A stretch of 64,000 nucleotides of DNA from Candidatus Campbellbacteria bacterium (lineage in GTDB: Bacteria; Patescibacteriota; Minisyncoccia; Phycocordibacterales; CSBR16-193), in NCBI GenBank assembly GCA_007117035.1, contig SKHG01000036.1:7595-71594 (forward strand), read 5' to 3'. Of this stretch, positions 47,820 through 57,600 are shown piece by piece. Position numbers and translations under genes: made by a program. The notes under the pieces were generated by a model. It searched no databases, was not told where the DNA came from, and saw nothing but the letters and a program-made list of their open reading frames with translations. Each line of letters begins with the position of its first letter. Position 1 is the first letter of the stretch.

Positions 47820-48402
47820 AGAAAGAAAGTTGAAACAGATTGAGAAAGAAGTTATAGCACTGAACAGTTCTCCTTTATGTTGTGAGCGAATTTTGTCTGG
47901 ATCTAAGCCTGTTATAGGTGAAGGTTCTGTGATGTCCGAGATCATGTTTATTGGAGAAGCTCCAGGAAAAAAGGAAGCACTGACCGGAAGACCTTTTTGC
48001 GGATCAGCTGGTCGTGTTCTTGATGAGCTACTGAGCTATATTAATATCTCGCGAGATGATGTTTATATTACAAACATCGTTAAAGACCGACCAGAAAACA
48101 ATCGAGACCCATCACCAGAGGAGATAGTCATGTACGCTCCTTTTTTAGATCGACAGATTGAGATTATCCAGCCACGAATAATAGTAACCCTTGGTCGTTT
48201 TTCAATGGATTATATCCTGAAAAGATTTTGTAATGAAATTTCAATACCAAGTATTGGAGAAGCACATGGTCGAAAATATATAACCAAGCTTTCCTATGGA
48301 GAGGTTGTGATTGTTCCTTTATATCATCCAGCAGCATCAATATATAACCAAAAACTCAAAAAAACCCTACTTAGAGATATAAAAATATTAAAGAAAATGT
48401 AA
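47800..48402 (+). CDS. Family-4 uracil-DNA glycosylase
   Basis: FIGEAPG, GRPFCGSAG, YITNIVK, LYHPAA; ATG at 47800 preferred. Confidence 0.92.
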   Translation: MNNLKNRERKLKQIEKEVIALNSSPLCCERILSGSKPVIGEGSVMSEIMFIGEAPGKKEALTGRPFCGSAGRVLDELLSYINISRDDVYITNIVKDRPENNRDPSPEEIVMYAPFLDRQIEIIQPRIIVTLGRFSMDYILKRFCNEISIPSIGEAHGRKYITKLSYGEVVIVPLYHPAASIYNQKLKKTLLRDIKILKKM

Positions 48403-48478
48403 AGTTCTGTGTGTCTGGTTTTTATTGAAAAATTAGCGAAATATGATATAGTCCATTCATAATAGTCATTAAATAAAT

Positions 48479-49270
48479 ATGTCTACAAACAAAATATTCC
48501 TATACTTTTTCGCCGTTATATTGATTTCTGCAGGGCTGTATTTTGCTCTAGACAGATATGTCTACGGTGAAAAAAGTCAGATCAATGCTGTTGTTTCTGT
48601 TTTGAGTGAGCGCTTTCCTGAATCAGATTTCCCGTCACTCTATCAGTCAATCCAGACTGTTGAAATTCCAGAGAAATATTCAGAGCTATTGGACTTAAGT
48701 GTTGTTGAGACACAAGATTACACTTTTAGTGTATTGGATCGATATAGAGTTTCAGTTCGTCATACTGCTGTGACTGATGGTCTGGGTCAACCTGAAGTTT
48801 TGATTGCAGACATATCTGAAGAGAACGTATTTCAGGTTTGGAGAACTGAACACTTTGATTTTTTTGAGATAATTCAAAGTTCTCTTTTGGAGAAAAGTGT
48901 AGAGATGATTGAAGGTAATTTTGATACTGAGCTTATTTCATCCAGTTATAAATTATTACAGGAAACTTATAGTGTAACGATCGATGACGTTAGAAATGCC
49001 ACCAGTCTAGATGAAGCTAACGCCTTGGCTAGGTTATTAACCTTAAAGGTAATTTTATCTGATGGTGAAATAGATATTTCTGGTGGCGTTGGTAAGTTTG
49101 AGACAGATAAGGTTCGCGGATATGTTTTGATCGGTAAGGAAGGAAATCATAATATACAAATATTTCCAGTAGATGAGGAAAATAGAGTTTTCTGGTTTAC
49201 TAAAATTGACGGCCAAGTGACACTGGAAGATGTTTTAGTTATAATTTCTTCATTCCAGTTTATTAATTAA
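48479..49270 (+). CDS. Membrane-anchored hypothetical protein
   Basis: N-terminal TM, acidic extracellular domain. Confidence 0.65.
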   Translation: MSTNKIFLYFFAVILISAGLYFALDRYVYGEKSQINAVVSVLSERFPESDFPSLYQSIQTVEIPEKYSELLDLSVVETQDYTFSVLDRYRVSVRHTAVTDGLGQPEVLIADISEENVFQVWRTEHFDFFEIIQSSLLEKSVEMIEGNFDTELISSSYKLLQETYSVTIDDVRNATSLDEANALARLLTLKVILSDGEIDISGGVGKFETDKVRGYVLIGKEGNHNIQIFPVDEENRVFWFTKIDGQVTLEDVLVIISSFQFIN

Positions 49271-49280
49271 TATTATTTAT

Positions 49281-50120
49281 ATGAAAAATTTAATTTTAAC
49301 CATATTGTTCATTGTTTTGTTAGTACTATCATATGTTTGGTACCAGTCTTCTGTTACCGAGGAACCTTTGACCCAGCCTGAGTTAACTGGTTATGTTCTC
49401 TCAATTGATGGTGAAAGAATTTTAGTAGCTGAAGGTTTAGATGAAGGCTATGATTCATATAGTGGATCATTAGAAGAGCTTTTAGGCTCAGCTGTTTGGT
49501 TAACAATCACAGACGAAACTGAAATAATTGACAGTGAAGGTAATTCAGTATCTTCTGACTCACTTAACCTTAATTTGGAGGTTATGGTTTATGCTTCTGG
49601 CCCATGGGCAATGTCTCATCCTGCACAAGGTGCAGCAGAAAAACTTGTTTTAACAGGTAATACATATTCAGATAGAGTAGCTCTTTATTTTTCACCTTGT
49701 GAAGTCGATGAATCTGGTCAGACATCTGTAATTGCTAGCGTTGAATCTAATTGGAATAATTTAAAAGCTGGTATTACTCACGAAACTTATGGAACATGGA
49801 ACTCTCCCGAACACTATCAGTTTATTGGAAACAATCGTCTAGTTATAAACTTTAACGAAGGACACATTATGTTTATGGGTGTTATAGAGTTTGACTGTGT
49901 TGATGGAAATGTGTCTGATGTTGAGTTTTTAGTTGATGATATAGGTCAACCTGATGGATTTCCGTTCGCTGATGAAAGTTCATGGAACGAGGTCTACGAA
50001 ACATATGGAAATGAATCCTTCACACCTGTAAACTACGTATCACACGATATAGTAGATGGGGAGCTAGTTGATTTCGACGGTTGGACTAGTGTTGATCGAA
50101 ATGTATTCGTTTCAAACTAA
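49281..50120 (+). CDS. Exported acidic protein; N-terminal domain resembles DUF3221/YobA
   Basis: TGYVLSIDGERILV...VYASGPWAMSHPAQGAA. Confidence 0.6.
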   Translation: MKNLILTILFIVLLVLSYVWYQSSVTEEPLTQPELTGYVLSIDGERILVAEGLDEGYDSYSGSLEELLGSAVWLTITDETEIIDSEGNSVSSDSLNLNLEVMVYASGPWAMSHPAQGAAEKLVLTGNTYSDRVALYFSPCEVDESGQTSVIASVESNWNNLKAGITHETYGTWNSPEHYQFIGNNRLVINFNEGHIMFMGVIEFDCVDGNVSDVEFLVDDIGQPDGFPFADESSWNEVYETYGNESFTPVNYVSHDIVDGELVDFDGWTSVDRNVFVSN

Positions 50121-50170
50121 AAATCTTAGTTAAGTAGAAGTAAGGTTTTTAAATCTTAATTTAGATTATT

Positions 50171-50599
50171 TTGAAATATTTAGTAAATAAATACACCATA
50201 GGTCTTTTAACGTTTGGATTTTTTCTATTGGTTGTAAATTTATATTATCTTAATCAGAGTGAAGTTAATGTTGTGTATAGTGGTTCGATTGAGGTACAGA
50301 ATTTTTATTCAATAACCAATGAAAAAGATTCATTGGTTATTGATATTCGTACTCCAGAAGAGTACTCCATAGGACATCTTCCTGGAGCTATTAATATTGA
50401 TTATCAGAATTCAGATTTTTTAGAAAATCTATCAGAACTTGATAAAAAGGGAAACTATGCAATCTATTGTCGGATCGGCACAAGGAGTGCTGATGCGCTT
50501 TTAATTATGCAGGAGATGGGTTTTGAAAATGTTGTTGAACTATCAGGTGGTATTGAGGCCTGGGCTAGAGGAGGTCATACAGTCTGTTTAGCTTGTTGA
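50171..50599 (+). CDS. Rhodanese-like domain protein with N-terminal TM
   Basis: IDIRTPEEYSIGHLPGA, YCRIGTRS, LSGGIEAW; TTG start. Confidence 0.9.
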   Translation: MKYLVNKYTIGLLTFGFFLLVVNLYYLNQSEVNVVYSGSIEVQNFYSITNEKDSLVIDIRTPEEYSIGHLPGAINIDYQNSDFLENLSELDKKGNYAIYCRIGTRSADALLIMQEMGFENVVELSGGIEAWARGGHTVCLAC

Positions 50600-50629
50600 T
50601 TTTATTTTTATAATTAATTAAATCTGAAT

Positions 50630-51256
50630 ATGAATAATAAAAGTGGTAGGTTTATTGTTACTCGTCATCATGAATCAGTGTGGAATAAAACCGGAAGATG
50701 GACAGGTATTAAAGATGTAGGTTTAACAGAATACGGAAAGGAGATGGCTGTAAAGATGGGTAAATTCCTGAAAGGCCAGTCAATTGATAGGGTTGTCTGT
50801 TCTGATTTAATAAGAACACATGAAACCCTAAACGGAATCCTTAAAGGTATGGAGGTTTTAGAAATACCAATTCAGATGTCATCAGAGTTTAAGGAGAGAG
50901 ATTATGGTGATTATACTGGTAAGAATAAAGCAGAGATGGAAAAGATTTTTGGTAAAGAAAAATATAACTGTGTTCGAAGGGAGTGGGACTGTGAAATTCC
51001 AAATGGAGAAACTTTAAAGATGGTATTTAACAGAATGGTACCTTACTATCAAAAAAATATTATTCCAGATTTAGTTTCTGGACAGAATATACTTTTAGTT
51101 TCTCATGGAAATACAATTAGAGCTTTAATTAAATATATTGAAAATATTCCAGATACTCAGATAAGATTTGTTGAGATGCCGTTAGGAACCATTATATTCT
51201 ACGAAGTTGATGAGAAAGGTTTGATGTTATCTAAGGAATTATTTGAGATAGAATAA
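50630..51256 (+). CDS. gpmA: 2,3-BPG-dependent phosphoglycerate mutase
   Basis: RHHESVWN, ERDYG, GETL, SHGNTIRAL. Confidence 0.85.
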   Translation: MNNKSGRFIVTRHHESVWNKTGRWTGIKDVGLTEYGKEMAVKMGKFLKGQSIDRVVCSDLIRTHETLNGILKGMEVLEIPIQMSSEFKERDYGDYTGKNKAEMEKIFGKEKYNCVRREWDCEIPNGETLKMVFNRMVPYYQKNIIPDLVSGQNILLVSHGNTIRALIKYIENIPDTQIRFVEMPLGTIIFYEVDEKGLMLSKELFEIE

Positions 51257-51295
51257 TCACTCTGTGTTAAAAGATTCTTTGGTAATTGGTAGCGT

Positions 51296-51592
51296 TTATT
51301 TGATAAATTTTTCGTTTAGTTTTTTGATTACATCACTTGCCTGATCTGTGTAGATTCCAATCTCTTGTATGCTGTTGTTACCTCTAACTGTTAGTAGAAA
51401 ACCACTAGGTCGTTGTTTGGTCTTCAGATAACCTTGTCCTTTTGAAGGGCAACTTGCTTTTATTATTCCGAGTGAAATCTTTTTTACATCATTTAGGTTG
51501 TCGAGGAAGTCTAAATATTTTTTTGAAGCAGGAATTGCTGAGCTGTGACTTTTAGTATATTTGCCTCCAGCTTTTGTGATTTTCTTACTCAT
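51296..51592 (-). CDS. DUF2103-like small protein
   Basis: GGKYTKSHSS, KKISLGII, VRGNNSIQEI. Confidence 0.65.
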   Translation of the reverse strand: MSKKITKAGGKYTKSHSSAIPASKKYLDFLDNLNDVKKISLGIIKASCPSKGQGYLKTKQRPSGFLLTVRGNNSIQEIGIYTDQASDVIKKLNEKFIK

Positions 51593-51708
51593 AAAAATTT
51601 TATTTATCTTAGAATTAATCTTAATTTTAATTTTTAAATATTAACACACATCCTATTTCTATAGGATCGAGTTTTTCGAATAGGCAATATATGTTATGCT
51701 CTTAGCTT

Positions 51709-53208
51709 ATGGCTAGAGATGAAGTAATTTTACGCTTTGATAAAGTAGATTTCCAATATGAACCAAACAAACCTGTTTTGGAGGAGGTTTCTTTTACTGT
51801 GCGTAGAAACTCAAAAATTACTGTTATGGGTCAAAATGGCGGAGGTAAGAGTACAATTTTTGGCCTTATAACTGGTGGTCTAAAACCTGAGTCCGGTAAT
51901 GTTTTTCTTTCTAATGGAATGTCAGTAGCTATTGGTCGTCAAGTAATATTACGCGAAGAACTAGATTTAACAGTTCGAAAGTTTTTTGAAAGAGCCTTAA
52001 TAAGTCTATCTAAGTTTAAAAAAGGTCCTAGCGTTGAAAAGGTTTATAACATTGATCCAAAAATAGATGCTGTTTTGGATATTGTGAATCTTCAACAAAG
52101 TGAAGGAATTCATGATAAAAAAGTCGGTTCATTTTCTGGAGGACAACAGGCCAGACTTCTGTTGGCTTTTGCTTTGATACAGGATCCAGATCTTTTATTA
52201 CTTGATGAGCCAACCAATAACCTGGATCGTGCTGGTGTAGAACATTTAACGGAGTATTTGAAGCAGTACAAAAAAACATTAATGGTTATTTCACATGATG
52301 CTGATTTCTTAAACTCATTTACTGATGGAGTTTTATACCTTGATATCAATACCAGAAAGGTTGGTCAGTATGTTGGTAACTATTTTGATGTTCTAGAGCA
52401 GGTTTCTAGTCAGGTTGATAAGGAGCAAAAAAAGAATGCTCAACTGTCTAAGAAAATTCAAGAAAATAAGGATAAAGCAAACTTCTTTGCAAACAAGGGT
52501 GGGCGAATGCGTCTTCTAGCTAAGCGAATGAGAACCGAGGCTGAAGAGCTCGAAGAAAACAAAGTAGACGTTCGAAGAGATGATAAGACTATCCGTCCTT
52601 TCTCTATACCTATTCAGGAAGGAGTTGTTGGCGAAATTCTAAAAGTAACTGAGTTTACAACAATCAATCCAAAAACTCATAAACCAGTTATCCGTAAAAA
52701 AAGTCTTGTTGTTAAAAAAGGTGAACATTTGCTACTACAAGGACCAAACGGAATTGGTAAAAGTACCTTGTTGGAATCAATTGCTCAAAAGAAAACATCA
52801 GGATCAGAAATAAAGAATGGAGTTAAGGTTGGTTACTATCGGCAGGACTTTTCGAACCTTGATTTTAATCAGACTGTCTATGAATCCTTAATATCAATAA
52901 TGGAAAGACCGAGAGAAGAGACAATGCGCTCAACTGCTGCAGGTTTTTTAATAACAAGTGAAATAATGAAAAGTAAAATTGGTAGTCTGTCTGAAGGTCA
53001 GAAAGGTCTAGTAGCTTTTGCTCAGCTGGTTCTACTAGAGCCTGGTCTATTGATCTTGGACGAACCAACTAATCATATTAATTTTCGACATATTCCGATA
53101 ATTGCAGAAAGTTTGAGTAAGTATGAAGGTGCAATGGTTTTGGTAAGTCACGTTCCAGAGTTTGTTTCAGATGTTCGAATTGATGAAATTCTGGATTTAG
53201 AGAAATAG
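51709..53208 (+). CDS. ABC-F family ATPase
   Basis: Two ABC domains (GQNGGGKS/FSGGQ/LDEPTN and GPNGIGKS/LSEGQ/LDEPTN), no TM. Confidence 0.92.
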   Translation: MARDEVILRFDKVDFQYEPNKPVLEEVSFTVRRNSKITVMGQNGGGKSTIFGLITGGLKPESGNVFLSNGMSVAIGRQVILREELDLTVRKFFERALISLSKFKKGPSVEKVYNIDPKIDAVLDIVNLQQSEGIHDKKVGSFSGGQQARLLLAFALIQDPDLLLLDEPTNNLDRAGVEHLTEYLKQYKKTLMVISHDADFLNSFTDGVLYLDINTRKVGQYVGNYFDVLEQVSSQVDKEQKKNAQLSKKIQENKDKANFFANKGGRMRLLAKRMRTEAEELEENKVDVRRDDKTIRPFSIPIQEGVVGEILKVTEFTTINPKTHKPVIRKKSLVVKKGEHLLLQGPNGIGKSTLLESIAQKKTSGSEIKNGVKVGYYRQDFSNLDFNQTVYESLISIMERPREETMRSTAAGFLITSEIMKSKIGSLSEGQKGLVAFAQLVLLEPGLLILDEPTNHINFRHIPIIAESLSKYEGAMVLVSHVPEFVSDVRIDEILDLEK

Positions 53209-53218
53209 TCCTGTTCTA

Positions 53219-54469
53219 CTACCTCACCACATTCTTCCCAGCAACAAATCCAGTAGTCCAACAAAGCTGAAGGCTGTATCCTCCAGAAGGACGATCAATA
53301 TCTAAAATATCACCAACAAGATAAAGGTTGGGATGAAGTTTAGAACGCATAGTTTTAAAGTCTACTTCGTCTGTGGAAACTCCGCCGCTTGTGATGATTG
53401 CTTTATCAACACCCAAGAGACCAGATATCTGAATTGGCAGGTTTTTGATAGTGTTAATAATCTTAATCCTGTCTTCTCGACTGACACTGTTACACTTAGT
53501 CTCCCTATCAATGTTTGAAAGTTCCGTCACTACTTTTACAATAGCTTTTGGGATTATATTAGATATAGTGTTACAGAGCTTTTTTCGATGATTTTCTCTA
53601 AACTCCTCTTGAAGTTTAAAGTTAAGTTCTCCATGGTCTAGGTCTGGTCGAAGATCAATTGATAAAGTAACCTCTCCATATTTTAGAAGTTCACTTACAT
53701 CCTTACTCATATTCAAAATAGTTGGACCTGTAACCCCAATGTGTGTAAAAAGAATTTTACCTTTTGCAGTGTTTTGTTTTTGTTGATTTTGTAGGATAGT
53801 AATTTTAATGTTTTGTAGAGTAACTCCTGAAAGTGTTTTTGTCCATTTTTCTTTTGTTTTGAGTGGTACTAATGATGGTTCGGGCTCGTTTATAGTATGT
53901 CCTATTTTTCTAAGCCAGTCGTAAGCGTCACCGGTTGAACCAGTCTCGGGACGAGAGGTGCCACCTGTAGCAATAACAATGGATTTTCCATATATTTTTT
54001 TTCCATTTTTAATAATCACTCCCTTTATCTCATTGTTAGAAATAATTAAATCAGTAACAGGAGATTTTTGTAGAACTATAACACCTGTTGTATCTAATTT
54101 TTCAACTAAAGCAGTCCAGACCGATTCTGCCTTGTTTGAAACAGGAAAAACTCTTAGTTCGTTTTCAATCTTTGTTGGTACTCCGTTGCTGTGAAAAAAA
54201 TTAAGTGTTTCTTTTACACCCCATTGTGAAAAAGCTGAGAAAAGAAATTTATTACTGTTTTTAAATTTAGCTAGTAGTTTGTGGTTGTTTGTTTCTGCAT
54301 TGGTTATGTTGCACCTGCCACTACCTGTGATCAATAGTTTTTGCCCAAGATCTTTGTTTTTTTCAATCAACAAAACTTTAGCACCAGATTCTGACGCTGT
54401 ACTAGCGGCCATCATTCCTGCTGGTCCACCTCCAATCACAATTAAATCCCAAATATTGATTTCTTTCAT
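53219..54469 (-). CDS. HI0933/YhiN/BaiN-family flavoprotein
   Basis: GGGPAG, TGSGRCNITN, ATGG, TSGGV, GGYSLQ; start MKEINIWD at 54469. Confidence 0.92.
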   Translation of the reverse strand: MKEINIWDLIVIGGGPAGMMAASTASESGAKVLLIEKNKDLGQKLLITGSGRCNITNAETNNHKLLAKFKNSNKFLFSAFSQWGVKETLNFFHSNGVPTKIENELRVFPVSNKAESVWTALVEKLDTTGVIVLQKSPVTDLIISNNEIKGVIIKNGKKIYGKSIVIATGGTSRPETGSTGDAYDWLRKIGHTINEPEPSLVPLKTKEKWTKTLSGVTLQNIKITILQNQQKQNTAKGKILFTHIGVTGPTILNMSKDVSELLKYGEVTLSIDLRPDLDHGELNFKLQEEFRENHRKKLCNTISNIIPKAIVKVVTELSNIDRETKCNSVSREDRIKIINTIKNLPIQISGLLGVDKAIITSGGVSTDEVDFKTMRSKLHPNLYLVGDILDIDRPSGGYSLQLCWTTGFVAGKNVVR

Positions 54470-54595
54470 TATGGAAATCATAGCAGAAAAATTTTCTTGT
54501 ACCTAACAGGTTTTGTGTATGTAAATTTAGTTGGAAATCTTAAACATTTGTGACTAATTCGAGATAGGATTTATTATTTTTAAAAATCTATTTAC

Positions 54596-56194
54596 TTAAA
54601 ATATGAAAAACGATAACACTAAGCCAATTATTCCAGCTAGGGTTGAGTACAACAAAACAGTGGGAAGTGTTTTCCGTAAAATTGCACCTTCTTTTCCACT
54701 AAGCCCAACTGCACTCTGAGCTGCAATTATGTTGTGAATCGCAACCATGTTTCCGATAGAACTACCAACAGCCTGTAGGGCAAGGATTAAAACAACATTT
54801 AGTCCTGTTGCTATCGCGGTTGTTCCTTGTAGGGTTGAGAACAGAAGATTAGAGACAGTTGAGCTACCAGAGATGAAAGAACCCAGCACACCAACAAAAG
54901 GGGCCAAGAAAGGCCATGCAGAGCCTAGATCAGTCAACGAACCAGCAAGTTCCATGGGCATACTCTCGTAACCAGAGAGGTTATTTCCAGAAAAAATCAT
55001 TATTTGTACAATAGCCAAAACAAATAACAAACCAATAAATGGTAAACCTATTTTGTATACTGATTTTTGAAATGAGTTTCTAAACTGGGTGAAGTTAATG
55101 TATCCCACAAACAACCCAAGAAAAACAACAGCAATAAATATTGTTCCGGGTGAGTAAAGAATTGAGAGTTCGTGTGAAGTTGGCAGGTTTAGAATGTCAG
55201 GAATTGAAAAAGAAATACTTTTTAATTTTTCAGAAAAACCAAATGTTTCTAATCTTGTAAGTAGTAATAGTACTATTATTAATATATAAGGAAGTAATGA
55301 TTTAAATATTTGTTTTGTTGAGAATCCGTTTTCATTCGAAGACAAAGTTTCTTCCAGTGTTTCTTTTTTATAGGAGTAACATTCCTTTGGTTGGAAGAGT
55401 CCTCTCCTCAAAAGAAATATCATAATTCCTCCTCCGACCAGAGCTCCAATTATTGAAGGAAATTCTGGAGTTAAAAATTTTGCTACTAAATATGATGGAA
55501 TTGTAAACAGGAGTCCCGAGACTAAAGCAAATGGCCAGAGTTGTAAGTTCTTTCTGAAAGATATACCAAGATTTATACCAACCATTAGGATTAGAATAAA
55601 TGGAATGATCGGACTTAAAAGCATGTGAATCAAGGAGGCTGTCTCTCCGACAACCAGAGCTGAAACAGCTACAGGAAATGTGTCTCCAACACCTTCTGCA
55701 ATACCTATAGTTATAGGGACTCCTACTGCTCCAAAGGTTACTGCAACACTGTCTCCGATTAATGTAATCACAACGGACAGAACAATTGGAAAACCAAGTG
55801 CTATTAAAATTGGCGCAGCCAACATAGCCGGAGTACCAAAACCAGCAATTCCCTCAATGAAACTAACAAAGAACCAACCTATAATGACTGCCTGAATTCT
55901 TGAATCAGTACTTACTTTTTGAAACATCATCTCGATCGGTTTAAATACTCCAACAGACCGAAGAGCAAATAGTAAAAATATTGCTCCAAAAATTATTAAC
56001 ATTATCTCAATGGTTACAGAAAAAGACCTAACAAATGATCCTAGTATCCACTGAGCGTCCATCTGCCAAATATATATAGATAGTATTAATGTTATAAAAA
56101 AAGTGATTGGTGCTGAAATGTATGCTGGTTTTTCAAGAACAACCATTAAAACAAGAAGTATAATAAAAGGAGTTAAGGCAAAAAAAGTTATCAT
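54596..56194 (-). CDS. L-lactate/glycolate permease (LctP family)
   Basis: FIEGIAGFGTP, FGAVGVPI, GSFISGSSTVSN, GSSIGNMVA, EGAILRK. Confidence 0.92.
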   Translation of the reverse strand: MITFFALTPFIILLVLMVVLEKPAYISAPITFFITLILSIYIWQMDAQWILGSFVRSFSVTIEIMLIIFGAIFLLFALRSVGVFKPIEMMFQKVSTDSRIQAVIIGWFFVSFIEGIAGFGTPAMLAAPILIALGFPIVLSVVITLIGDSVAVTFGAVGVPITIGIAEGVGDTFPVAVSALVVGETASLIHMLLSPIIPFILILMVGINLGISFRKNLQLWPFALVSGLLFTIPSYLVAKFLTPEFPSIIGALVGGGIMIFLLRRGLFQPKECYSYKKETLEETLSSNENGFSTKQIFKSLLPYILIIVLLLLTRLETFGFSEKLKSISFSIPDILNLPTSHELSILYSPGTIFIAVVFLGLFVGYINFTQFRNSFQKSVYKIGLPFIGLLFVLAIVQIMIFSGNNLSGYESMPMELAGSLTDLGSAWPFLAPFVGVLGSFISGSSTVSNLLFSTLQGTTAIATGLNVVLILALQAVGSSIGNMVAIHNIIAAQSAVGLSGKEGAILRKTLPTVLLYSTLAGIIGLVLSFFIF

Positions 56195-56301
56195 TATATT
56201 TTAATTTATCTTATATGTGAATATTTATGTATATAGATATGATATCATTAATGGATATTCAGACAATCTGATTAAACATTTTATTAAAATTTAATTTTAT
56301 A

Positions 56302-57585
56302 ATGACAATAATAAAAAACATCGATGAACTTCGTTCAGAATCAAAGATTAGAAAAGATGCTTTAGAGATTATTGAGGTTGGGTACGAAACAATAAAGACA
56401 GAGACTGTGCTTGGTAAAAAAATATCAATGCAAGGAGATGATATTTTTATAGATAATAATACATATGCTTTTTCTGATTATGAAAATATATATTTTATAG
56501 GAATTGGAAAGTGCGCTTTTGAGGGAGCAAAAGTTATTGAGGGTATTATGGGCGAAAAAATTACAGACGGTGTAGTGCTTGATGTTTATGCTGGAATTTT
56601 GAAGAAAATAAAATCATTTAAGGGTACACATCCTCTACCTTCTAATGAAAATATTTCTGTTACAAAACAAATGGTTGAACTTTTGGGTAATGTTACTGAA
56701 AAGGATTTGGTTATAGTCTTAATATCAGGTGGTGGATCGGCTTTGCTGTGTTTACCACACAGTATAGATTGCGACGCTTTAATTCAGATAACTTCTGAGC
56801 TTATGAAGTCCGGAGCAGACATTAATGAAATAAATACTGTAAGGAAACATTTGTCTGAGATTCAAGGTGGTCAGCTCGCTGAGTTGGTTTACCCAGCTAA
56901 TATTGTGTCTTTAATATTTTCTGATGTACCAGGTGATGATATTTCTGTAATTGCCTCTGGCCCAACTGTTAGAGACGAGAGTACTTCAGATGATGCAAGA
57001 GCTGTCTTGGATAAATATAATATTTTAGAAAAGTGTGGAATTGATAACATAAAAATTAAGGAGACTCCTAAGGACAAAAAATATTTTGAAAAAACAAAAA
57101 ATATTTTAGTTGTTAGCAATAATGATGCGCTGAACGCTATGTCGGATAAAGCTAAAAATTTAGGTTACGAAACTGAGATAAGAACATCGGAGCTGTCGGG
57201 TTATGCCCGTGATGTTGGTCGAGTTTTTGCCGAAGAGAAAAAAAGGTCGAAATACTGTTTACTTGCTGGTGGTGAGACCACTGTTAAAATTGAAGGGAAA
57301 GGAAAAGGGGGGAGAAACCAAGAGTGTGTTTTGGCAGCGATTCCTTATTTACCCGAAGGTCGAATTTTTGCATCAGTTGCGTCTGATGGAATAGACAACA
57401 CAGATGCTGCAGGAGCTATAGGAGATACTGATATTTTCCGTAAATCTAATGATATGAATATCAACATCGATGATTATCTTCAGGAAAATAATTCCTATGA
57501 GTTCTTTAGAAATGTAGGTGGACAAATCAAAACTGGTTCAACTGGTAGCAATGTATCTGATTTGTTAATATTATTAGATGATTAG
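56302..57585 (+). CDS. Glycerate 2-kinase, class II (DUF4147-MOFRL)
   Basis: IGIGK, HPLP, LISGGGSAL, SDVPGDDISVIASGP, GGETTV, GGRNQE, TGSNVSD. Confidence 0.92.
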   Translation: MTIIKNIDELRSESKIRKDALEIIEVGYETIKTETVLGKKISMQGDDIFIDNNTYAFSDYENIYFIGIGKCAFEGAKVIEGIMGEKITDGVVLDVYAGILKKIKSFKGTHPLPSNENISVTKQMVELLGNVTEKDLVIVLISGGGSALLCLPHSIDCDALIQITSELMKSGADINEINTVRKHLSEIQGGQLAELVYPANIVSLIFSDVPGDDISVIASGPTVRDESTSDDARAVLDKYNILEKCGIDNIKIKETPKDKKYFEKTKNILVVSNNDALNAMSDKAKNLGYETEIRTSELSGYARDVGRVFAEEKKRSKYCLLAGGETTVKIEGKGKGGRNQECVLAAIPYLPEGRIFASVASDGIDNTDAAGAIGDTDIFRKSNDMNINIDDYLQENNSYEFFRNVGGQIKTGSTGSNVSDLLILLDD

Positions 57586-57600
57586 TTAATATTTATAATT

